This document shows, piece after piece, positions 49,901-62,433 of a stretch of DNA of 64,000 nucleotides. The translations under genes and the position numbers were made by a program. The stretch covers positions 99,882,001-99,946,000 of the forward strand of contig NC_042998.1 of the NCBI RefSeq assembly GCF_006345805.1, read 5' to 3'. Under the pieces are notes generated by a model. That model made no database searches, was not told the DNA's origin, and worked only from the letters and a program-made list of their open reading frames with translations. Source of the DNA: Octopus sinensis. Lineage: Eukaryota. Positions within the stretch are counted from its first letter, which is position 1. Every line of letters begins with the position of its first letter.

Positions 49901-52155
49901 GAATTTCAACAAAGTCCACTTTAATTGTCATCATTGTGAAGTTGTAGTGCACCTGAGCACAGCATACAATAAGTTCATTTCTTTTTTTCTTTTATAAGAT
50001 AAAGGCTCACCAAGTATGAAGGTCAATATAATTGACTGATCCCTCTCACAAAATTTGTGACTCTATGCTTATGTTAGAAATCCTTATTATTAATCTTATT
50101 ACTGGCAGCAAACAGGCTGAATCATTAACCTGCCAGACAAAATGCTTAGCAGCCTTACTTCCACAATACATTCTGAGTTCAATTGCTGCCAAGGTTAACA
50201 TTACCTTTAATCCCTTCAGGATCAATAAAATAAGTACTAGTTGAACACTTGGGTCAATATAATTGACTCACCTGCTTCCTCATACTGGCCTTGTGCCAAA
50301 ATATGAAACCAAAAATTTTTAAAGAAATCACTGTCATTATTCCTTTTGTATGCTTTTGTTTTCCATACCTGTTTTTGTTGTTTTTTTTTTCTAGTCATAA
50401 TTGATTGCACGTAGACCATTATTGTGCTTTGTAATTTCTCCTTGTAAAGCATCATTCCAGAATGGAGGATTGATGAAACAGATAACAAGCCGATATTTTG
50501 TAAAATCTATTTCAGCTCTTTGTTGTTTAACAACAATGCCTATGACAGCACTGATGCTAATCTGTATCAGCCCAAATCAGCAGCCTTTCCCTTAGATAAA
50601 CATCAGCAGTGCATAGAGGTAGAGACATCAAATGAAATTATGGAAATGACAGGAAGAGTTATAACACATCTAATTAGGAACAGGATTAGCTTAAGTAAAA
50701 TGCACATCATGTTTATGATGGGATGGCATACTCCTGATTGACAAGAGGCTTTGGTATGAATTTCTGGCTTTAGTTTGTTGGCCAGCAAAGCACTGTGTCT
50801 TGCACTGTTGATCATACACCCCTTTTCCAGGTAGTCTTCCAGGATAGGCCCTTTTGAGTCCCAGAACTTTTAAGCTTTAAATTTTTTTTAATTTTTAAAC
50901 TTCTCGATCCATTCATACACACTTCTACACAGAAGTGTATTGTCCCTGTATTGTGCAAGGTTTTTTTAAGGAAGACTTGCAGTTTCCAATGGAAACTGCA
51001 AGTCTTCCTTAAAGAAAACCTTGCCTAAGCCTGCACTTACAGGTACAGATGCATGGCCAACACTAACTGACAGGGACCCTATAAAGTCCTCTCATCCATT
51101 GTCCTTCTGTCATATAAAATGAATTATTTATAAATTCTTTACTAACATTTCTTCCTTTGCTTTAGTCTATAAATCTAATGAATATATTATTTCCTAAAAT
51201 CCAGGAAAAGTGATGTCTTCCTTCCGACAGTTGCTAGTTACACAAACAGAAAACTAGAAGAGAAGAAATACCAAGAGGCAGATTTGAAAGACCGTAAGTT
51301 ATTTTCAGTTAGTTAACTCTCTCTCATATATTTCATTTCAATCATGTAATATCTTAGCTTTGTACTTAAGTCTTTAATTATATATTTTAATAAGGTGGTT
51401 TTCTTCATTATGTTTTTTATTTATTTATTTATTTATTTATTTGTTTATTTATTTATTTATTTGTTTATTTATTTATTTGTAAGTTAGTCCTGTGACCTTT
51501 GCACATCCTTTTAAACTTAACCAAAACATCTCCATGTCAATCATGGCCCAGAAGAGAACCGGGATGGGTTGGTTCTATCTGAATGTTTCCAATAGAGTGA
51601 AATTCTACTAAAAGCCCATGTGTTGATGTTAAAGCTGGCAACATGTTAAACCTACATAAAAAAAAAAAATTTTGTATGCTGAGACTCTAACTAGGTTACC
51701 TATTTCTGTAGTATTTAACTTAGTATGTTTTCATTGCACTTGTTGACTGAAAGAGTGGTAGTGATGAGGATGAAATGAGTAGAATAATTGGTTTCATTAA
51801 AATGTTACATTTACTAATGAAGTTGACGCTCATTATTTAAGATGTAAACTGGGAAAAAATGAAATGGATGTTGACAAAGGATAAGTGAATGTAACATTGG
51901 AGAGAAATTATAGAGTTAAAAATAATATAAGGTAACAGTGAATTTCACTTTCTCTAGATTTGGATAGTCTTTATGTTAATTGAGCTTTGAATAAAAAATA
52001 GAACAAGGCATTAGTGTGGTCATGTGGTCAGAAGTTTGCTTCCCAACCACATGGTTCTCGGTTCAGTCCCACCTTGGGCAAGTATCTTCCATTATAGCTT
52101 CAGGCCAACCAAAGCCTTGTGAGAGTATTTGGTGGACAGAAACTGAAAGAAGCCC

Positions 52156-52200
<45 letters not shown>

Positions 52201-55200
52201 ATGTGTTTGTCTCCCACCACAGCTTGACAAATGGTGCTGGTGTGTTTACATCCCTGTAACTTAGCAATTTGGTGAAAGACACTGATAGAATAAGTAACAG
52301 GCTAAAAATTATTTTTTTAAAATCCATAAGTACTGGGGTCAATTTGTTCAACTGGAATTCTTCAAGGCAGTGCTCTGGCATGGCCATACAATTAAAAGAT
52401 AAAAAAAAAAGCTACATGTGTAATTATTGTGTGTGTGTGTGTGTGTGTGTGTAGCCACCAATGGGAATGTTTGAGTATATACAGATAATTAGATATTCAA
52501 AATTCCAATCAATTTGATGCCCTAGCTTCTGAATTTTATGACTGAAAGAATTGGTTTTTGAGTAGATAATTGGTTAAATTGTTATTGAATAAAAATGTCT
52601 TACAGTATTTGTTCTGGCACTTAACATTCCTAGTGCTCAAGTAGATGTGGTAATCTTGTCTGCATCAAGCTAAAAGGATGATATCTTGACAAAAGTACCT
52701 GAAATAAAGTGATAGGATACAACCTGTGTATAATCCTTATGAAAATTCTCATCAGTGCTTGTCAATGAAATCCCCAGGTCATCATCATCATCATCATTTA
52801 AAGATTATTTCCCATGCTGGGTTGGACAGTTTGATTGGAGCTAGCCAGACAGAGAGCTGTCCACGCTCCAATTGTCTGTTTTGCTATGGCTTCTAAAGTT
52901 GGAGGCCCTTCCTTATCCCAAGGCCTTCATTAAAAAAATGGGATGATCATGGCTGGTGCCTTTGATACTTGGTCATCACTGATTGAGCTGACCTAGGGTT
53001 AAATAACAACAACAACCACATATTGCTCCAATAACTGAAAGTGTTGCGATTTTGAAAAGTTTTATCATGATGATGATGATGCGTCTCATTCTACACCAAA
53101 TCAGTGAGAACCATACATGACTTCTCAGATTATTTATAAAGCTGTCCATATCTACAATAAATGATTTGGTAGTCAATTACTTGGTAATTAACATACAAAG
53201 AAAATTATGTAGCCCAACAGATTACTCGTGTTAATTAATTTTATTGATAAACCTAGTCTAGATGGTCTTTCTAAATGTCATGTAACTCTGAAATTATTTT
53301 AAAACAAGGCTAAATATATATTGGTTTCACATTTTTGCGCAAGGCCAGTAATTTGGGGGCAAGTACCAGTGATCAACTGGTACTTGCTTTATCAATCCCA
53401 AAAAGATGAAAGGCAAAGCTGACCACAACAGAATCTGAACTCAATAAATAAAGATGGATGAAATACCACTAAGCATTTTGTCTGGTACACTAGTGATTCT
53501 GCCAGTTTGTCACCTTAAGCTAAATATATATTACTAGCGGGTACCCATAGAAAATTTATGAGTGATTAATATTCAATTTTATTGTTAATTACTTGCAGAA
53601 AACTATATAACTATATTGAATAGTATTCATCATCATTTCTCTATAGGTTGGTGAATTATATCCTTACCAAAAACTGAACTAAAAACCTAGAGTGTATTTG
53701 AAACCTCAACCTCTGAGATACATTACTCACTCAGCCTTATCCTCCTATATTGATTAAATGTACTGGTTTTCTTTGTTAATTTTGTGTTTTCTTTTTCAGG
53801 AAAATATCTACGTCCTAGCTGTAGTGAAGGTATTTATTTACTATTATATTTGATTATAATGCAATAACTGCCACTGTGATGATTGTTTTATATAATAATA
53901 GTAGGAAGGTAGTGTCTAGGATTTATATGAAGTGTTGGTAATTATGTAAATGAAAGTACTTACATAAACTATCCAGTGCCACATGTCCATTGAATAATAT
54001 TTGAATTCATGCCCATGTAGTCCAGTAGTTGGTTTCTTGGTCATTATACTTAATCTGGTTATTGTTATACTTAATTCTGTGTCTATTGTTATATTTGATC
54101 CAATTTTTCATAAAAAACTGAAAACCACAGACACACAACTCAATGTTGATCTTTTGATTCTCTCTTTCAGATCCTTTGGCTGTACCATTTCTAATGAAAA
54201 TTAACATTGAACCACCAGTTAAACTCACACCAGCATTTGACCCCAACATTTCCACATATGAAACAAGTGTGCCTTATGAATTACTACTGATAAAAATTTG
54301 GGGGTTTGCCCAAAGTTGTCAATGCATCTCTAAGATAGATGACAAATTTGGTTTCCCGAGGTAAAATATTATTAGATCATCATCATCATCATCATTTTCT
54401 GTTTATTTTTCCAGACTTGCATGGGTTAGATAGGTTGATATTAAAAAGGGTTAAACTCCTTTTTTTATAGCCTAGAAAACTGTCATAAAGACAGGAAGGG
54501 CTTGAGAACTGAACCCTGATAGACACTGGCTTGCATACTAAATACCTCACTAAATGCATTGCTAACTTTCTCCACTCTGATGGCATCTCTCTACATGGTT
54601 TTAATGACTCTCACAAGCAATTCATATACTCCAAGTGTTTTTTAGCAATCGCCAGACTACAGAACATAGCACCCTGTCAAAGCCTGCTCCAGCTAGACAA
54701 ATGCTAGGTTTAGTGACCTACTCTGAGCTAAAAATCTTCTCCTAGTTGTGTCACTACAAAGAAAATATCAGGAGTATATGCCATCTCATCATAAACATGA
54801 TGTGCATTTTACTTAAGCTAATCCTGTTCCTAATTAGATGTGTTGTAACTCTTCCTGTCACTTCCATAATTTCATTTGATGTCTCTGTAAATAATTCTTT
54901 TTAGAACATCTCCTTAGCATTATCCTATTATTTTAAATAAGACAAAACACATCGAATGATATTGTCACCAATATATTATTTGAAAAGGAACAAGATAGTT
55001 ACAGCTAGTATACTTAGGTTAGCTTGATCAGATTAGAACTGAGGTTAAACAACATGCCGATTCAATGTGAATCTATAAATTGTACATTTTTACTGTTTTT
55101 GGTCCATTTTTTTTTAAGCATTACTACTCTGTAAAATCCCAAGTGTCTAAAAACTAACCACATGATCATGAGTTCAGATCATCCCTTTTATTTGCTTTTT

Positions 55201-58200
55201 TCCATTTCATTAACAAAAACTAAAGTGATTGATTGATTAATTAATTAACGAGTATACTGTTCTTATAATAATTATTTGAAGGGCCATCAACTATACTTTA
55301 GGAATTGGCACCAACCGAATTACAATTGCTGTAGTGGATGTGACTTATATGGAACCACTTGCAGTAAACACTTATACAGTAATAATCCACAGAAGACAAC
55401 CTCAAAAGGAAGAATTTTCACCAGGTGTCAACCACGTTGTCTGTAGCCTGAAGCAGGTAAGAGTTTTACCAAAATTATATCTTCCTTTTGTTTCTCTTTC
55501 TCTTTCTCTCGCACTCTCCTTTACTTTCTTGACCCACCTCTCTCTCTCATACACACACACCTACATGCTAGAAATAGCTAAATCTTCCTCATACATCAAG
55601 GGGAATTATCCGCACTTTTACCATAGCATAGCTTTATTATTGTCATACTGCCTTCCATATATGCATGCTTATAGTTGGTACTATTGTGGTCATATGATCG
55701 AAGTTTGAGCCATATCACACCATTTTTCTTTCTGGCTTTACAATGTAAGCATGGCTGCTCCACTAGCAATGTCTACCAAAGAAGAACAAAGAGCAGTGAT
55801 CCAATTTCTCTTGTCAGGTGTGTCAGGTGCTGAAATTCATTGGAGGCTTTTAGCACAATACAAGGACAGTGCACTACTGTGTAGAAGTGTGTATGAGTGG
55901 ATCGAGAAGTTTTAAAGTTTTAAAGTTTAAAAGTTCTGGGACTCAAAAGGACCTATACTGGAAGACTACCTGGAAAGTGGAGTGTATGATCAACATTGCA
56001 AGACACAGTGCTTTGCTGGCCAACAAACTGAAGCCAGAAATTCATACCAAAGCCTATTGTTAAAAAGTTCTGTTGTTGTATGACAATACAGGCCCACACA
56101 TGGCTGTCTAGACCGTTGAAACCATTAACCAATTGGGTTTTGAGGTGCTGGAACACCATGCCTACAGCCCAGATCTCGCTCCTTCTGACTGTCATATCTT
56201 TGGATTGCTCAAAAATGCTTTTACGGGGTTGTTGATTTTCTACGGATGAAGATGTGAAGGAAGCAGTGCATAAATGGTTGTACGACCAACTGAAAACCTT
56301 CTTCTTGGAGGCAATATTCAAGATTATGGACCACTGGACCAAGTGCATTGAAAAGGAAGGTGACTATATAGAAAAATGACGCACTTGTTTATCCTCTGCT
56401 TTTGTGTAAATACATTGAAAACCAAGAGTGCGTATAATTTTGACTCACCTCGTACATTCATTCATCTTATAAAAATACATTAACAAACCAGCACCAGTTG
56501 TCAAAAAACAGTGGAGACAAACACACACAAACACACAATGGGCTTCCACACAGTTTCTGTTTATTGAATTCACTGTTTTACTATAGCCCAGGTTGTCATG
56601 GAGCTATAATTGAACCTAAAACTATCAGGTGGCAAAATTAGCTTCTTAACCACATAGCCATGTTTATGCCCATAGCTATGCCTATGTCTATTGGTTTATA
56701 GATTAATGGACATTGTTCTTTTAATGATTATTTAAAGAACTATTATTTGAAGGTCATCTTTGCCTTTCATTTTTCTGGAGGTCATTGACAGATCTGCTCA
56801 AACATGGTTCACTCAGAACTAAACAAAAAAATAAAGTATAAATACTAACAGATTTAGTGGCTGATGCATAACAGCAACCACATGAATTAATCTTCTGTAT
56901 AAATTTTTAACTGAAATATATGTATTATTTTGTCATTAACCCTAAAAACACAAGATAAATTGAACTTTTATCTGATTTCTTTGTTAAAATTCTTGTTACT
57001 TTCTAGGATTGCTCCCTGAAATTTTCTGAAGATTCTGACTGTGGCTTACATAAGACAGCATTTAATTCTTGGTCTGATATGTTATCCTACATTGAAATCT
57101 TACCACCGTGTGTTACAGCTGATATGCCAGGTATGGTTGAGTCTAATAGAAAAATATTCTCAAAATTTTAATTTTTTTTTTAATTGAAAGATTGGTGTGA
57201 CAGGCCAGATCTGGCCAGTATGAACATAAAAGAGGTAGAACATTTTGGCCAGGTGCCACATAAAATATATTGGTGCTGGTGCTACATAAAAGGCACCCAG
57301 TAAACTCTGCAAAGTGGTTTGCATTAGAAAGGGCATCCAGCTGTAGAGACCAAGATAAAACAGACCATAGAACCTGGTGCAGCCCGTAGCCTTGCCAGTT
57401 CTTGTCAAGCCATCCAGTCCATGCCAGCATGGAAGACAGATACATTAATGGTGATGACGACTATGAAGAATTAAAAGTTCTTTCATACTTCTGTGATTTG
57501 AGCACTGATATAATTCCAGTGCAACATATTGGTTAAAATCAGTCTTTCATGATGTAACTATTATATGTGTAACATACATTTACATGTACAAAGCAGGGGA
57601 AAATACTGGCACTTGTCAAAAAGACAAAGCCTTGAAGAACATATTAATAAGAGGAAACTTGAAATAGCAAATGGAATGAAAGCTCATCTGAGTGGCTGCA
57701 TCATAATAAGTTTGCTTCCTAACCACATGTTAAGTTCTACGTTAAGTCCCACTGCATAACTCTTTGTGAAAATGTCTTTTTGCTATAGCCCCAGGCCAAC
57801 CAAAGCCTTAAGAGTAGATGGATTTTGTATACAGAAACTGAAAGTAAACTGACATATACATACACAGGTGTTTGTATGTATTATTGTCTCCTTGCTTTGA
57901 CGTTGCATGTTTGTTGTAAACAAGTGTGTCACTGTCATGCAAGAGGTGTTCTTTGCTACCAAAACTTTCAAGACCTGTCTGGTCAGGGGAAAATATCTTA
58001 CTTTGAAACAGGTGATGGTTGGTGACAGGAAGGGTGTCAGGTGTAGAAAATTCACCTCAACAAGTTCTGACCTCTGTGAACATAGAAAAGTGGGTGTTAA
58101 AATGATGATGATAATGATAATGACATATACTTTACAGCTAATAATGTTTACAATTTTCCTTGATTAAACTTGTTATGTACATTACCTATATAACAACCTC

Positions 58201-61200
58201 TTGCTCTTCTCCTTAAGTTTCCATGTTAATGCAGTTTTATAAAATTTTCAGGTCAGTGGGTTGTACCTTGCAGTACATGTTCTTCAACAGCTCTCTGCTA
58301 CTGGCAAAAGGCTATCTGGCAACCAAAATCTTGCACCCATCGCTGGTTCCCAAGAAATCAACTACAAAAATGTTTTACCAATAAAAAGGTTTGTTTTTTG
58401 CTACTGTTGGTATTATTAAGTTATTATTAGTAGTACTAGTATTATTAAGGTGGCAAACTGGCTGAATCATGAGCACACTGGGCCAAATGCTCAGTAGCAT
58501 TTTGCTTGTCATTACATTCTGAGTTTTCTGCTGAGGTCAACTTTATCTTTCATCCTTTCAGGGTTGATGGAACAAGTACAAGTTAAGCACTGGGGTCAAT
58601 ATTTTTTGACTAATTCTATACCCCCAGATGTTCAGACCTTATGCCTATAGTAGAAAGAAGTATTATTATTTTGTACAGGGATGCTGTCAGTAAGATATGA
58701 ACCCTGTACAAGGATTCTGTCAGTAAGGTGAAAGTCAGCAATGAGTATAGGGAATTTAGTGTAAAAGTAGGAGTTCACCAAGAATTAGCTCTCAGTCCCC
58801 TCTTGTTTATCATAGTCCTCCAGGCCATAACAGAGGAACTTAATACTGGCTGCCCTGATGACCTTGTTCTTATAGATGAATCATTACCAAAACTAGAGAA
58901 GAAATTCTGTGTATGGAAACAAGATCTGGAATCAAAAGGTTTTAGAGTTAATCTAACAAAGACCAAAGTCCAAGTATGAAAACAGATATATTACTGATCC
59001 CTTCAGAGTGATGGCTCTGCTTGATGCATTGAAAAGATGTTAGTAGAAACTCCATACAGTGTACCCAGTGCAAGCTAGGGACACATAAGAGGTGCAGCGA
59101 TATCAGAGGAAGGTTAACAAAGAAAATAGTCTTTATGTATGGTAGATGTGCAGGTACAATAAACACTAGGAATGTACAGAAAATAGACTCTCTCAAATGT
59201 CCAAGGGGAACCTTAGAATTGGTAGTATCCAATATTCAGGTGACCAAGTCAGCAATGGAGGAGATATTTCTGAAAGCGTAATTGCTAGAACAAGAACGAG
59301 CTGGGCAAAGTTCACAGAGCTTACTATCTTTTTTAGTAACAAACGTCCTCTCCCTCAGAATGAAAGGCAGATTGTTTGATTCCTGTGTATGAACAGCTAT
59401 GCTACATGGGAGTGAGACATGGGCAATGATTACTAAGGGCATGCAAAGGCTTGAAAGAAATGAAACCAGCATTCTCCACTGGATGGGAAATGTCAGTGTC
59501 CATATATGACTGTGTAAGTGATTTGAGAGAAAAATTGGGTATGTGAGGCATCAGATGTAGTGTGCAAGAGAGAAGATTGCACTCGTATGGTCATGTGATG
59601 TGCATGGATAAGGAAAGCTAATCAAGAAGTGCCGATCTCTAATTGTAGAGGGAACATGTGGAAGGGGTAGACCCAGGAAGACTTTGGATGAAAGGGTGAG
59701 AGGATCTCCACATGCTGAGCTTTGCAGAGGAGATAAAGGACCAAGACTTCTGGTGGTTTTCTATGCTTGAGAAGACATGTCAAGCTACGTAAAATCATGA
59801 CCATCCATTTATACAGGCATGTCCTCTATGTCCCTCTCGCAGCTTATGAATATTGGTGCTACCTGTGCTGTTGCCACATAAAAGTGCCCATGCTGGTGCC
59901 ATGTACAAGTGCCCTATACACTCTGTAAAGTGGTTGGCATTAGGGAGGGCATCAAGCTATAGAAACCATGCCAAAATGGATAACTAGAGCCCAGGCAACT
60001 CTCAAGCTGGCCAGCTCCTGTCAAACTGTTCAGCCAGTGCCAGCATGGAGAATGGATGTTAAATGACGATGATGAAGACTGTGCGCTAGCAGAATTGTTA
60101 GTACACGCTCTGAGTTCAAATTCCAGTGAGGTTGACTTTACCTTTCAGGGTTGATAAAATAAGTGCCAGTTGAATACTGGAGTTGATGAAATCAACTCAT
60201 CCTTCCCCCAAATGCCACTAAGCATTTTGTCCAGTTTGCTACCTTGAAATACTAGTTATTAAAACATAAATAAGTATCTACCTTGGCACAGTTAATTCCC
60301 ATAATATTACAAGGTCCAGGCAATAATTGCAACAGTACTAATAACAACCTGGATTATTTAATGAAAGAATAAAAAATATTATATCTGCATAGATTTTTCT
60401 GTGAAATTAGGACCCATGTTAAAACTCTTCAATCTATATAAACTGTTTTCAATTTCTAATTGGAACCATCTAATTTCCCTTACATTACTTGTCTTCTCAG
60501 CTTTACTTAAGCTCTGGCTGGTAAGTTAAGGTTTCATATTTGTGTAAAGAACAATTATTGTGATTATATTGTGGTACTGGTGATTTCTGACATTTCAAGT
60601 GACATTAACCATGTTAACTGCAGTTCATCTACATTTGCTCTTTTTTTAGTTGCTGTTCCTTGGTGATTCAACCAATCGAGGAATTATGCATTATATTCTA
60701 GAGAAAGTGAACATGACCCTGCAGGAATGGGATAAAACACACAACATCAAACACTATGATAATCTCAATAACCATACAACAAGCATGAGTTTTGCTTATT
60801 ATCCTCAGTTCTGGCTACCAACAGATCATAGGCCGACCTTTGATAAAGCTTTCTATCAACTCCTTCGCAAGTAAGTAATGCTTGGTAATTATTTTCAAGT
60901 ATTCCCTTTTTTCTTTTCCTTCTGTCCCAGTTCTTTTTTTTTTTTTTTGTAACCATTCTTTAACTAAAATATGGAATTTTTTCAGGTCAAGAGTTGTGAG
61001 CTCATAATTCCTCATTAGCACAAAGTAATCATGGATTCATCATCATCATTTAATGTCTCTTTTCCATGCTGGCATGGGTTAGACAGTTTGTCTAGAGCTG
61101 GCAAACTGTAGAGCTGCACCAGGTTCCATTTGTGTGTTTTGGCTTGATTTCTACAGCTGGATACTCTTCCTAATGGCAACCACTTTACAGAATGCACCAG

Positions 61201-62361
61201 GTGCTTTTTACATGGCACTGGCACAAACTCTTAATTTCTTGTTTTTGCTTGCTTTAATTCCTTTTTTTTTTTTTCTAATTCCGTTTTTTTGCTCTCTTTA
61301 ACCATGCTTGTTTTCAGACTTTTAGCTAGCCTTTGTTTTATGTATTCTGAGTAATAAAAAAACTTTCCTTCCATAAATTCCATGTTACTTTTGTGACTGA
61401 AAAAAACTGGGAATGTGTATTATATGTAATGTATGAACACCAAGGAAATAAGCCCTGTGTATTACATATGAAACACAGAACTGACAAAGGCTAACTAAAG
61501 AATTATATTTTCTAATTAACTCCTTTTTTATCTTCAACTAAAATAATGTATCTTCTTAGACAAAGGATTGTGAGTTCATTATCCCTCACACACCTTAGCT
61601 GAAGTATTTCAAGAAATATATATGAAAATATACCTATCTCTTCCAATTGCAATGTTTTTAAATTAAATATTTTTGTGAAAGTTCAGTTAATGAATGACAA
61701 GAAGGTAAAATACAAAACTAGTCTTGTTAATTGGCACTTGCCTTTTCTTTCTCTCTTCATAAATTTATCTATTTAGTTAAGGCTTCAGACTATTGGACCA
61801 AGAATCAATTAGAAGTGGTTCAGCACTACACTTTTGTTTCCAGCCAAGACATTTAACTCTCAACAGTTCAGTCTACATCATCATCATCATCAACAACATC
61901 TTTTATCATCCATCTTCCATGCTGGCATGGATCAGATGATTTGATAGGATCTCACAAATCCAAGGGCTGCATTTTGCTTTAATGTCTACTTTGGCATGGA
62001 TTCTGTGGTTAGATGCACTTCCTAATGCCAACTATTTTCAGAGTGTATTGAGTGCTTTTTCCATAGCACCAGCACTAGTGAGGTGACCATGAAGCTTTTA
62101 AAAAGTAAGATCCCTTTTGAATAAATGAGGATACAGTAGAGAGAAAAGGCCAAAACAGAACAGACTTCTTGCCATAAAGCTACATGGTTACTCACATTAT
62201 AGAAGGAGACTCACTAGTCTCTATATATATGGCTATTCTACCAACATGCAAATAAATATATTGAGAATCCAACTTTGGTTGAAAGTTAGAAAGTACACTA
62301 TATAATTTATGAGCATTTTAGTAACTTGCAGTGGCATCATCATCATCATTTAAAATAGACA

Positions 62362-62433
<72 letters not shown>

